From assembly GCA_030248215.1 (NCBI GenBank), contig JASANG010001402.1:186001-250000 (forward strand): 64,000 nt of DNA, in the 5' to 3' direction. Shown here one piece after another: positions 26,936-39,981 of the stretch; position 1 is the stretch's first letter, and every line of letters begins with the position of its first letter. The position numbers and the translations under genes are program-made. This DNA comes from Enoplolaimus lenunculus (lineage: Eukaryota). The notes beneath the pieces are model-generated. The model did not search any database. It was not told where the DNA came from and saw nothing but the letters and a program-made list of their open reading frames with translations.

Positions 26936-28159
26936 ATGATGGTATATCAGATCGTACACGTATCGTGTTTAATTATCACGTTTAGCGCAACAATCGGCGT
27001 AAGTTTACCAGGTTTTGTTTAGAAAAACTGGCCAATCCGAAGCTTAAAATTTACACAAACACTCAAAGACGAACCTGTGCCAAAAAAATTAAGACACGGA
27101 TTCCTAAAACATATTTATTGCATTATGTATTTACCAGCGCCACAAAAGCCTGTCCACAAAATGTTTGGATTAGGCTTAAGCTTTTGCGCTTACGTAAAGG
27201 GTCAGGCCTAAACCTAAGCCAAAGAGTAAGAAGCGTAAGCTTAGGAAATAAACAGTGAAACGTGAGGTGGGTAAATGTATTGCCTTAAAACGTATTCTGG
27301 AAATCGCGTGGGGACACCAGACAGGGTATTGATAGCAAGGCCCGATACCTTCCGTGTGAGCGTCATTGCGGCCCATGTTACTTTAAGGGGCGTCCAGGTT
27401 TCTGGTGGATGTATAAAAGAGTAGGTTTAGATTCTAGATTGCTTCAAGCTTAGACTTAGGCTTAGGAACTGTTTTTTGCAACGCTTAGCGTTTGGCTTAG
27501 GCTTAGAAATACGCTTAATCTGCTGTTACGCCCCTTAAAGTAACATTGGCCGTCTTTGCTATAATTCGAAATTTTTAAGAAATTCAGTATTTAAAAATTG
27601 TTTCAACTATTTTGTTTACAGTACTCGTCTGAATAGGGTGGGTCAACAAATAAGTAACTGGAAATATGGCTTTTATTTATTACAGCAGTGTATACTTAAT
27701 TAATTTTAGGCATCGCCAAATTTGATTCGTCCTAAACGAGTTTCCGGAATTGTGGGCCAACTTTTGTCTGGCCTCCCTGGTTTAGGCTCCGGCGGCCGTA
27801 GTGGTGGTTTTGGGACCGGTGGACTTGGTCAATTATCAAATTTAATTCCAGGAAATGGAGGGGGAGGCCTGCTTGGGCGGAACACCGCCGGCAGGGGGTT
27901 GAATCGGAATATTGGCCGCAGAAATGGTAAACTGTTCAACGCGGATAGATTTTTGGGGTCAAACTCTCGTAGTTTAACAGGGACGAACGGGCGACAAGGA
28001 GGCTTGCTGGGGGGTGGTAACGGGTTCGGGCTGGACAGAATTGGGGGGTTAATTAAAGGTACTCAGTTGTTGAAGGGATTAGGAGGGTTGACACAAGGGC
28101 TTGGAGGTGCCGGTGGAGCAGGCGGGGGTATACCTGGCCTTGGTTTGTTGAGTGGATGA
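26936..28159 (+). CDS. Secreted glycine/leucine-rich cationic precursor protein, about 170 aa
   Basis: Exon 26936-26998 (MMVYQIVHVSCLIITFSATIG, signal-peptide-like, donor GTAAGT) joined in phase 0 to exon 27710-28159 (TTTTAG acceptor; ASPNLIRPKR then a Gly-rich region ending LLSG*). Confidence 0.8.
27370..27551 (+). mobile_element. Telomere-repeat MITE family B in an intron of the Gly-rich gene
   Basis: ggcccatgttactttaaggggcgtccagg ... acgccccttaaagtaacattggcc. Flanks gtcattgc/gtctttgc match at 7 of 8 positions. Confidence 0.85.
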
Positions 28160-29090
28160 ATTGACTGAATTTGAAGCTGGGTTGGAATTAGTATTCTGGT
28201 AAAAGATCCCGCAAACCTTGGCTTGGAATATGAAATAACTACGAAACATGAAAAAATCAACTTTTGAAAATTTTCCAAAGGGCTTTTTTACTTATTGTAC
28301 ATAATTTAGGCTGCACTTCAAAAAACGGTAAGTCATATTGAATTTTTCCGAAATAGGCTCTACGGGAAAACACAATCTGAGTCAAATTCGACTCTGAAAA
28401 AGTCAAACGTGCGACTCAGTGAGTCAATTTGACTCTGGCGGCGTCGAATTGTACTCACCATTTTTTGCAGTGTGGTTTATTTTATACACTGCAAAAAATG
28501 GTGAGTCAAATTGACTCTCTCCGAAATAGGCTTTTCCGGACTACACAAACTGAGTCAAATTCGACTCTGCCAGAGTCAAATTCGACTCACTGAGCGATTC
28601 ATTGAGTCAACAAATTTGACTCTGACGGAATCGAATTTTCACTCAGTTTGTGTAGTCAAGAAAAGCCTATTTCTGAGAGAGTCAATTTGACTTACCATTT
28701 TTCGCCGTATACTTTAATTTGTGAAATTAGATTTTCTCAAAGACACTTAAGTTTATAAAAAACGCAAACGACGGTTACTTAAAATTCAATAATTACAAAT
28801 TTAAAGGTGATTTAAATTTGAAAAAAATCAAAAATTCAGGCTTTGCCTATTGCTGTTTTTCAATTTAGTACACCGTCAATTGCCGGTGTGGAATTCCACA
28901 AAGCGGTGAAAATTAAAGTGAACCACATATTATAGGCACCATAGCTGCCGATGTCTGGCAAAGACGTCCCATGATTATAGGTAATCTATTCAAATAGTTG
29001 GTTAGGTTGAATTAGTTTTCAACGAGAAACACCGTATTTTCGTAGCAAATGTTTAATTTTCGTTAATTTTTAAGTACTAAAAAACTCCTG

Positions 29091-29341
29091 TACTGTAAAT
29101 TTCAGTGAGTTAATTAATCAAATCAGAGAGCGAATTAGTCCTTTCTGATTGCTTCTGAGTAAAAACAGTAAACATTAATTCGCTCTGAGTTGATTTAATT
29201 CCGGGCGAGTTAATCAATTAACTCAGAATGAGTTCATTCCATTCACAATTCTGAGTTCTGTCAGACCTTATTCAGAGCTCAGACTTCTGAGTGGATTCAA
29301 CCCATTCTGAGTTAAAACCAACCCAGAAGAATTTATAGTAT
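29091..29341. mobile_element. Second CACTG/TACTG-type MITE family
   Basis: tactgtaaatt ... aatttatagta with ctcaga/tctgag repeats. Reverse-orientation copies at about 37330-37581 and 50290-50555. Confidence 0.6.
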
Positions 29342-29443
29342 ATCTGTTTGCAAGCCAAATGTTTGCTTGATTTTATCCTCCCAATTCCATCAAATCATAA
29401 TGCATTCATATTAACAATTAACATTCTTGACTTTGGGGCATCC

Positions 29444-30567
29444 GGCCCATGTAAAGATCAGCGGCGGAACGTTTTTCTGTGGGACTAGAAAAGAGTAAGC
29501 GCAAGCTTTAGACTATTTTTTGCTTGGCTTAGGCTTACTTAGGCTTAATCTTAGGCTTAGGAATCGGCTCATTCTTACGCTTAAAATTAGGCTTAGGCTC
29601 AGGCTTAGGAATATGCTTTTAATACTGTTCCGCCACTATTCGTTACGTTGGCCGAAATTCAAATAGTACCAGACAACCAAAGGTTCTTGATTGGAATGGA
29701 ACACTGTGGCACCTGATGTTAAGCTGCTCTCGGTGTGGTTTGTCTCTGTTTTCCACGGTTTAAAGCGTTCCTTGTAAGCTAATCGTTGGACAAGTAAAGC
29801 CAGTAGTTAAAATACGAAAACGGAAAACGGTTGTTACGAAACATTTTTTTAAATCGATGCTCAAATTTAAGATTTGTTAAAATAGCAAAAAATGCCTAAA
29901 ATTGAAAGATCGTAAGTGAATTTTGCAGAATTTTCATTCAGGAATTTTACTCTAAAATTACGATGTGATCATAAAATACTTGGCCAATGTAAATAACATG
30001 GGCGGAACAGTATAATATAAGCATATTCCTCAGATACATTCCTAAGTTCAAGACTAATCCTAAGCGCAAAACTGAGCTTATGCCTAATCCTGAATATCAA
30101 GCGTAAGCCTGAGCCTAAGCAAAAAATAGTCTAAACCTTATTACGCCTACTATATGTCAGTACAAAAAGAAAAACGTTCTGCCCCTGATCTTTACATTGG
30201 CCATTTTATTTGGGCCATTTGAATATAAAACTTCCGACATAAAGTCAAAACTACAAAACGTAAGTAAAATCTCAGGTTTTAATATTAATTAATATATTAT
30301 GGTGCCTGTGCAAGCCAGCCATTCTTTTAAAAATATTTAGCTAAGTAAATACTCATTATCGCTTAGCGATTCCATGTTACTTTTAGAGACGTCCAGGTTT
30401 CTGGCTGGTTTATAAAAGAGTAGATTTAGATTCTAGATTACATTTTTTTGCTGAGGCTTAGGCTTAGGCTTAGGCTTAGGATCACACTTCTGCAACGCTT
30501 AGGCATAGGCTCAGGCTTACGAATACACTTAATCTATACTGTTACGGGCCTAAAAGTAACACTGGCC
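29444..30567. mobile_element. Cluster of three telomere-repeat MITEs (A 29444-29653, A 29982-30202, B 30372-30567)
   Basis: Family TIRs and internal TTAGGC/CTAAGC arrays. Confidence 0.8.
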
Positions 30568-30582
30568 GCTTAGCGTAAATTT

Positions 30583-31688
30583 TTATCGGAAAAAATTATC
30601 TTCCATAATGTCTTGCATTGTTTTGGTTCGAATCAGTATACATTCAGCCGGATGTTCGCTATTTTGCGCTCGCCACGAATAACCAGCGAAAAGTTGAGGA
30701 TATCCGTTGCACGTAACAGCACAGTGATCTTTGTCGTCCGCTTCAACCACGGTTACTTTGCCGCTGTCAATATCCGGCGGATTTTTGTACAATTTGCATC
30801 CTAAAAAGACAACTTAATTTTTAAGCTGTTTAAAAAGCACGAACATAAAGCCGTTTGTATTTTTAACGACGAGTTCTTTTTTAGTCAAAGTCCATTAATT
30901 TAATTGTGACGTCCGGCGCCGTACGTGATTAGGGTTGCGGCGGACGGCCGCAAGCGGAAGCAAGCGGAGGAAAATAGCGGCAATTGCAATCGGGCGGAGA
31001 AAACGGCGGAAGCGAGCAGGACAAACGACAGCCAAGGAAAGCGGACGGTGGCGGACTTCAACAGGTCCCGGCGGGCGGCGACGCGTGGCGGCCGACTACG
31101 GAAAAGCGATTCAAATACTGGTCTACAGTATGGCATCGGATAGTCGTACCCACAATGTTGCAAATTAACCAGGGCCATTAACTGACAAACACTAACCGTA
31201 TTTCGCAAATCACTATTCCGGTAACTTGATTGCGCGACAAGTCGCACTGATTTTGAAAATATTCAAAGGTAACGCAGCGTACTGCTAAAAGGGCCAATGT
31301 TACTTTTACCTGAGCCTAAGCCTAAACAAAAAATGTAATCTAAAATCTAAACCTACTGTTTTATAGACCCACCAGAAACCTGGACGCCCCTTAAAGTAAC
31401 ATGCATTGCTATAGAATTGTAGGATCTACGAGTCTTCGAGAAGCTCAAGATTGGAAATACTTGCTAAATCCCTAAATGTAATTGCTAGTAATATGATTAT
31501 AACGCTATACTTAATAAATATTTTCTCACTCGCTACGCTCGCTGGTAAACTAAGATTTAACAGCCTGATGAACTGTTGGTTACGATACTGCTGGCAAGTA
31601 ATTACTTACCTGTGTTGTCATTATGCTTAGCTTGAACAAGCAAGATAGCAGCGAAACACGTAATCGCTATTCCAATTTGAAATTTCAT
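30583..31688 (-). CDS. Small secreted cysteine-containing protein (PAN/apple-like), about 98 aa
   Basis: Exon 31688-31610 (MKFQIGIAITCFAAILLVQAKHNDNT, signal peptide, donor GTAAGT, phase 1) and exon 30800-30583 (TTTTAG acceptor; GCKLYKNPP...DHCAVTCNGYPQLFAGYSW...ECILIR...FFR*). An extra middle exon cannot be excluded. Confidence 0.65.
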
Positions 31689-34600
31689 AGCTAATTCACA
31701 GCTAATACACCGTAGATTAAATATACGTATATATGCAGTAAAATCTCAAAAACTCAATCCGTTCACACGTGCAAGTTATTGCAATTGCAATTTACCGATG
31801 CATCTTTTGGGTGCAAGTTGCAGCTGCAAGTATTTGCAAAAACAATTTTAATAGAAATATTGACATAAAGCGAACAAATTGCAGGTGTTTGTTATATTAA
31901 ATGACTGATGTTTCCAATGACTTGATTAATCGTCTCAGTTAGCGAATGGTTGCGTCATCGCATGATTAGGCTTAGGCTCAGGCTCAAACTTAGAATTAAA
32001 CTTAGGCGTATTCTTATGCCTAGGTTCTGGTATGTGGTGTGGACTTTATGTGGTCAAAATTAAACAACAGTGCCGGAGCAGGCAGGGATGTGGGCTCCCC
32101 TCAAATTTCAGGGTGGGGCCCCAAACTCGCGAGCGAAGCGATTGAGACAAGCCAGACGCATTTTAAAACTATAAGCGGTTTTTTTTCAACCGGTTCGGCT
32201 GGAAACCCCTTTAGGGTTGAGGGACCCCCAAATAGGGGGCATGGGGAGTGGCTACTCCGGCCCTGTGAAACAAAGCATTTAAAACTCCTCAACAAATGAC
32301 ATACTGGCCAAACGTCTATTAATAAATATAAGTATAATCTTAAGCGTAATCCTAAGCCTAAGCCTAAGTCTAAGCATAATGATTGGCGACGTATTGTCCA
32401 ATCGATGATATTTCGGATTACAAGTTGTCGGTCGACGAATTGTACTGGTACCGTGCAAATTGTTAGTCTTTTGAACACATTAACACGGTACAATACTGAA
32501 AGTAGGTAATGCCAAAATAAGTGTTGAACAATAAATATCAAAACAAATCCAATTCAAGTAGGTAACCATAGCACTGTTGACCAGAAGGGTAACTAAGATT
32601 GCAACAAAAATATTGTAGCCAAGATCAACCAAAAATGTTCAGTCTTACGGAACGCTAACTTCGATAAACTACATCTTAAGGCTCTTAAAATATGAGGCAT
32701 ATTGTGCAATGGCAAATTTTATACAAGGCCCATGTAAACATCAAAGGCGGAACGTTATTCCGTGTGGCTGGAAGTGAGTAAGCTTAAGCTTTAGCCAAAT
32801 TTTTTTGCTTAGGCTTAGGCTTAACTTTAGGTATAAGCTCATTTTTACGCTTAGGCATGGGCTTAAGCTTACGATAAGGGATATGCTTAAGCGACCAACA
32901 GATGAACAACTTCAATCCGAAAGCCGAAAATTTTGCCTTTTCTTTCAACCCGTTCAAGAATTCTGAGGAATATGTATCTCGATAACTCTTGAACACGCCC
33001 CAGGCCGTGAGAAGTTCTTTAAAAGGAAATATTAATAAACTCTTCGGTTTATGTTAGTTTAAAGGGCGTCCAGGTTTCTGGTGGGTCTGAAAGCGTAGGT
33101 TTAGGTTGTAGATTACATTTTTTGCTTAGGCTCAGGCTTAGGCTTAGCAACACACTTTTTCAACGCTTAAGCATACGCTTCGGCTTAGGCTTTGGAACAC
33201 ATTTTTGCAACGCTTAGGCGTAGGCTTACGAATACGCTTAACTGTTACACCCCTAAAATAACATTGGCCAACTTTTCGCTATAAACGTTTGAGATAGAAC
33301 TGGATATGGTAGCTCAAAAGTTATTGCCGAAGTTATAAAATAGGCCAAGAAAGATATATACTCCAATTTGGCAATTACGACGCCCTAAGCATAGACAACA
33401 ATTCTTGGTCAGGACAGCCAGAACATTGAATAGTTGTAAAGGCAGTGCAGTGTAACACTGCGAACTTAATAACAGAAATTCAATTCAGTCAGCACTCTGG
33501 AGAACAACTTCTTAACTAAATTCGAAGGTAACCAAAGCAGGGAAAACGCTATATTTCTTACAAAAAATAGTACAGTGCACACGACAAATCAATTAAAGTC
33601 AATACTCCCACGCCCAACATGAAATACGTACACGCTCCAGAACTTCTAAAAATATCACAAACCGCTTTGACGCAAAATTAATCCGTACCACTGTCACCCC
33701 AAAATAAAATAATCGAAGGAAAATATACGATTCTCTTACAGGTTGTATTACTAATTGATCAATAAAACCACTGTTGATCGACAATTTCAATCCCTAGACA
33801 ACTACTAGTCTACTCAATGTCGCAAAAGTTATCATCAAAATTTCTTCCAAGTTGCTGTGAAACTTCAATCAGATTTTTAGTTCCGCCCAGTAGCAGCAGG
33901 TTCCCAGAAATTAATTAGTATGTTCGTTTCACGCAAATACTAGACCACTATCCCGTAATTTCTCTCGAATACACGATTCCGTGCTTTTTAAAATTAAAAT
34001 AGACAAATATGGTACCTTTACAGGATCAGAACTTTTCGTACGCAACTGGAAATCTGCGCGGGGCACAAGTACAATACTCGGCAATACCTACTCTCTAGGT
34101 ATACCAGAAAAAATTCCAGTTGCAACCTTTAAGAGCTTAACTATACGCCAAATTTTCGCTTCGAAACGCGCTCCCAAAATTTCAGTACAAAATACACACG
34201 CGTTACTAACGTTTCGTGAATTCAAATCAGTTAGTAATTACTTTAATCACACGTTATTCTCTAAATTGGTCGGATCAAAAATGCCTCTTACAAGTAAAAT
34301 TAAAACAAGTGAACCTTAACAGCCGCGTAGTCAAGTACAGATATTCAAGCAAACCGGCGCTAGTATAACCTCGATACAATTCAACAGCACTTCCCCAAAT
34401 ACATTCTCTCCCCCCTTGACGACTAGTGCCAAGCGCTTATACAACCGCTGTGTTAAAGGTTAATTACAACAGATGAAAAACTATGAAATCTTTACAGATT
34501 CTGCGCATACAATTGATCTCGTGATTATTCAAGGTTTTCTCAGAAATTTTGCAAAATTCACAAAAACGTCGCTAAAAAGCTGTTTTGTCGTCGAACCTAA

Positions 34601-37600
34601 GTTTTTAGAACAGTTTTTAAACTTTCAAAACCACTAAAAACTCTAAAATTTTATGTTTTTTACCCCAAATCCTTTAGTTTCAAAACAAAATTTTCCTCGA
34701 TAAATTCTCAGAAATCCACAAAAACACACAATTTTGACTTCTCAGGGGCTTTCCAGTGTGTTTAAACTCTAATAATTGCCATTTTCTAAAATTGTTCAAC
34801 AGGAGCTACTCGATTGTACTTTAAGAAAAAAATTAATCCTGTCCAAATATAAGCATCCAAACTTTTATGATCAGTATCCGTAAGGTGGCCATAATTTTAA
34901 ACCGCAACTTAAATGCACCACTAATTTGTAATTACTACTGTCACCGGCATTCCATGAACACTCTGCACTGTTAAAGCATGCAGACTGTAGCACTGAGATT
35001 ATCGAAGAAATGCTCGTACATCATATATTATCCCGGCTGTAGCCTACACAACGAACATTGGATATTTATTCCGAAGAGGGACAAAATTTGCCAAAAATAG
35101 TTCACTTTAAGGTTTTTCTTAAATTATTTTCATGATTAAAAAAATTTAGAAAAAGAACCACACGATTTTTGTAATCGCAACCGCCACTAGTTAGAATGTT
35201 CCGCTACAACTTCCTACTTAAACGCAATACGACTTCATCTTATTAGCAATTTTTACAAAAGAAATCTCCGCTGTACACAATAAATACAATCTGCTCCTCA
35301 TCGCACGTATTTTAACACATCGGTAAAAAACACAAGAATTACCTACTAGCACTCCTCGCATAAAATATCACTGTACATTATATGCATTCCATGTATACAT
35401 ACCTACACACTGTACAACGATACATAATAATTGGGATAAGCCAAACAATTCCAACAATTAAAAAAGGTGGGGGGTTGGCCTAACATTTCAGCTACCCCTA
35501 CGCTGCACCCCTCTGGACTTATTGAAAACGAGCTCCCGCGAGGTTCTTCTCACTTCGTAATTCCTGTCTGTCAACCATTGTGCTCACTTCAACACTACCG
35601 ACTGCTGTTGATCCAAGCGACGACATTCGAAAAATATTAAAACTGAGCCCACACCCTGTAAAACACTTACCACGATCCAGTTAGTGATGCTTCAATTTTC
35701 CAGCAGACCATTTCGCTAAACTCCACTATTCATCGCAGCAAAATAATCAGCGTTTCGCCAAGTGTTCTGTAATAAATTCTTCAACCAGTCGACAGCAGCA
35801 TAATGAAAGAATAATTCCTGAAATCAAAATAATAAAACAGCGTATATAAATACAGTTAACATATCCATATAAATTGTATGATGAAGATAAAAACCTATGG
35901 CGTCTTTACAGGTAAATACGTGTACATTGGTAGCAGGGTATGGCTTCTTTACAGAAGAAAACGTATTTTCTGATACGGAATATAGTACTCAATCCAAAAA
36001 TCGCATGAGTAATCATATTTTTCCATATTTTGTCTAAAATCCGTAATTTTCAAAACAAAATTTTAGCTTTAAATTAACAAAAATTTACCTAAAAACAATG
36101 TTTTGTCTTCCAAGGGTTGGTTCGTGGATCTTCCAATTCTCAGAATTATTTTCCTTCAAATTAAAATTAATTCCCTGGGAAAAAAGTACTTACACTTATG
36201 CAATCACATTCCGTAAGGAGACCATAAATTTACATCATGAAATTATTAAAGTACAAGCCCAGCAATCTGATTACTATGTAATTCTGGTACAAACTCCATG
36301 CATAATTAAAACCCTAAGCGTATCCTGCACAAGTTCGCAAACTGCACATCTGCACTAAAACATGCACCAGATGCAGTGCAAAATGAAAGCCTTAGAGCCG
36401 TGCATATGTAAAGCTACAACTACTACTACAACTGCAATGACGAAGGAATAACAGCAGCACCTGCAAAACATATTCGTGCAATGCATCTCGCACATAAACA
36501 CGCTTCTACATAAATACAATTTTTCATATTTTATATACATATGCTATATGCAAACATATAAACATATACAAAGTTTTTTAAAACAAAAACTTACCACAAA
36601 ATACTCACACGCGTAACAATATCATTACAGGGGGAGATGGGAATGAATTATTCCGCCAAATAAAAAAACGGGGGAATTGTTAGAATTTCAGATTTTCCTC
36701 ACGCTACAGCAATTTATTAATATATTAAACTTAATTGGTTAATCAGTTAAATAACAGCGTGGTCTATAGACCTAACCATTCTTATATATGTTGTAAACCA
36801 ATCTGCTAAGCATGAGAGTTAGTAATGGGCCCAGATCAATCTGCTATCCGAAGCCATTTACAAATTTCCTGGACGAAATAGTGATCGAGTGTAGCAAAAC
36901 AGCCGCGATGCAAAACCAGCGATGATTGGCTATCGTAATTGCGTCAGACAACATAATCAAATATGATTGGACAATAGGTTGGATAGCAGCAAAGGTTTAG
37001 AAAAATTGCTGTTATATACATAAAATAGTAGATTGGCCAAAGCCAATTAGCAATTGGTCTAAAAAGCACACTGGCCTACAGCTTCTACATTATACAAGTA
37101 ACTGGTCTAGTGCAGCTAAATTTGCCTGAATATCAATATACATGGTATTGTATGTAAGTGTACAATTAAATATACCTACTCCATAATATCTTAAACTAAA
37201 CTATTCTAGTGGTACGTATTAAGCTAAAATTCTAGAGTAACTAAACTAGCTGGTAGGTTATGCGTAAACTGATTACAAATCGGACATTTTTTAATTTAAT
37301 GTAAACCGTATCAATTCTGAAACTACATACAATTTAAATTGCAGTGAGTCGATTTTAGCTCAGAATGTGTTGAATCCAATAAGAGGTCTGTGCTCTGAAT
37401 TAGATCTTTTAGAACTCATAATTCTGAATTGATCTTAACTCATTGTGAGTAAATTAATCAACTAGCCAGGAATTAAATTAGATCAGAATGAGTTAATATT
37501 TACTGTTATTCACTCAGAAATAACCACAAATAGCTAATTCTCTCTCTGAGATGATGAATCAACTCATTGGAATTTACAGTGTAGGTTCTGAGCAGCCCGC

Positions 37601-37977
37601 CCTTAAACCGAAAATATGTTTAGCTTAAACTCGTCCTAAACTTAAAAATATTTTGTCTAAACTTAAAATTTTTATTTCTGTTACTCCGTCCAGGCATTTA
37701 AAGGTTTTACTCAAACGTATATTCAAGTTGAGTTGCTTGAACTATAATTTAAGTTTAAGTTTTTTGAAGGAAATGTTATGTTTATTTACTATAAAGTCCA
37801 CGTATACCTGGTGGGTTTGTTCGGTTTGTAACTGTTTTGATTTAAAAGTCGCTGCGCCTTTGGACATAAAACATCTGCTGCGCCCACGTAAAAATGCACC
37901 TCTAAAATAGTGCTGATTAGCGGAAAATTGCTAAAATAAGCTATCTTTTCAACGATTCAATAAAGGTTAGGCTTTTG

Positions 37978-38178
37978 CGCCCATGTTACTTTAACGGGCG
38001 TCCAGATTTCTAGTGGGTCCATAAAAGAGTAGGTTTATATTCTAGATTACATTTTTTGCTTAGACTTAGGCTTAGGCTTAGGCTTAGACTTAGGAACACA
38101 TTTTTGTAACGCTTAGGCTTAGGCTTAGGCTTAGGAATAGCTTAATCTACTGGTACGCCTCTTAAAGTAACATTGGCC
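37978..38178 (+). mobile_element. Telomere-repeat MITE family B, intact copy
   Basis: Exact 8-bp TSD GGCTTTTG and two TTAGGC arrays. Further B copies at 31292-31403, 33050-33269 and 61665-61866. Confidence 0.88.
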
Positions 38179-39180
38179 GGCTTTTGTTGACGTTGGCCTA
38201 AAATTTCTTACCAATGCCAAGGTGCAGTTTTAATTTTATTGGGGCAATGAAGTACAAACACAAGCCGGCATGCAATTTGATGCATTGCGCTGTATAGTAT
38301 GGTATTGCAATATTTTGGCCCATGTTAATACTTTTGGGGTCGCTCGATTAATGATAAGATTGCAAAAAGTATTTTTCAACTAATTGGTTAGAAAACATAT
38401 TGCAAGTTTCGACCCTGGAAAGAAAGAGGGACTTCCGGTTGAAACCGGTCAGGATCTTCTTAACCGAATTCTTAACATTTAAGCAACTTTTTTGGTGTAA
38501 CTCAAATTTTCTAAGCTCAACGCACAGCAGCGTGCATCGATTAGGTCATAAAACAGCTATCAAAGATGTTCCGTAGCCAGAAACAGGCCATGGGGGCTCG
38601 GCACCACTTTGAAAAATGTTGCCCCCTGTAGAATATTTTCAACATTTGTTGGAAGTCATCGAAAACACTTGTATGCCCCTCTTAAAGAAATTTACCCCTT
38701 CCCCCTAGCAAGGTGGGCAGACTATGGCCCTAGGAACAAAGATCCCAATAAGCCAGTACCTTCACTGAAGAATAATAAACAAACAAGCATTCTGCGACCC
38801 GTGGTTCTGGCCCTGGGCACACCCATGCTAAACCAAACCTAATTTTTTCTTGCAGGATTAGCAATAATTTGTGGCAAAAAACCCTGTTTTTGCTTTGCCT
38901 AAATTTTATTGATTGCGCAATGTTTGCAAACATTGCAAGATTTTGCAAATGTCTGATAAAATTTAATTGGAATTTGTTTATTTGTTTACGTTTTTAATAT
39001 ATTTAAAATACAGCTTTCACACTGTGATACTTTTAGTATCGGGTGCTTTTTGACCAGCTTACAACTCTTACACAAGGCTCTCTGTGGGCTCAGGCGGTGC
39101 TAAAGGTTGCAGGTATTTTTTCTGTTTTAAGCGTTTTTTATTGTTTCCTGTATGAATACTTCCTATTTCATCTGAGACCT

Positions 39181-39406
39181 GAGCCCGTATTCTCATATGT
39201 GTGTAGCGCCTATGACAAGTTGGTGATAGGTCTTGTTATACTGTCAAACCAGGAAACGGTAATGTTTGAAATTAAGCACATTTATTGCATTCGACTTTAC
39301 TTTACTTCTGTGCAAATTTTGAGATCCGCAAACGCATCAGTTGGTTAGTTTGAAAAGCTATTACTAACTGGCGATAGGTGCTATATGCATTTGAGAATAT
39401 GGGCCC
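39181..39406. mobile_element. MITE with GCCCGTATTCTCA TIR (possibly PIF/Harbinger-like)
   Basis: gagcccgtattctca ... tgagaatatgggccc. Homologous copy at 50947-51170. Confidence 0.65.
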
Positions 39407-39414
39407 GCATTTTA

Positions 39415-39490
39415 TGGCAGAATTCGAACCTTGATACTCTCAGATAACTGGCTCTTGATTGAGTATTTACAGCCTGACGCTATGAACCAT
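39415..39490 (-). pseudogene. Truncated intron-containing tRNA-Tyr(GTA)-like remnant
   Basis: Minus strand TAGCG TCAGG CT GTA AA, about 20 nt, TCTGA ... GGTTCGAAT. The 5' part is missing. Confidence 0.3.
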
Positions 39491-39645
39491 ATTCTCAAAT
39501 GAGCGCTTATCACCAGTTAGCGATAGGTTTTCAAACTCACGAACTTGTGTTGTTGCAAGTCTCAAAATTTACACAGAAGTGGGACAAATCAAATTTGAAA
39601 AATATGCTGATTTCCGATGTTCGCCATTCACTGAGTCGAAAGGTT

Positions 39646-39981
39646 GGCCCATGTAAAAATCAGGGGCGAAACGTTTTTCTGTAGGACTAGAAAGAGTAAG
39701 CTTAAGCTTTAGACTATTTTGTTGCTTGGCTTTGGTTTAGGTTTAGACTTAGGCTCTGGAATGTGCTCATTCTTACACTTAGGCTTAGACTTAGGCTTAG
39801 GCTTCGGAATAAAGAATTACCGAGTTCTGGTTTGACTGTAAAAGAATACGCTTAGAGTCTAGGCTACATTTTTTGCTTAGGCTAAGGCTTTAGGCTTAGG
39901 CTTCGGAATAAGCGTTTTCTAACGTTTAGGCTTAGAATTATGCTTATTCACTGTTACGGCCCTAAGAGTATAACATTGGCC
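39646..39981 (+). mobile_element. Telomere-repeat MITE with an A-type left end and a B-like right end
   Basis: ggcccatgtaaaaatcaggggcg ... ctgttacggccctaagagtataacattggcc, with several TTAGGC arrays. Confidence 0.7.

Noticed and set aside
30900..31247. GC-rich ORFs in several frames
   Set aside because: They lie in the intron of the small secreted gene and overlap a TAGGGTTGCG-type repeat end; no phase-compatible exon was found.
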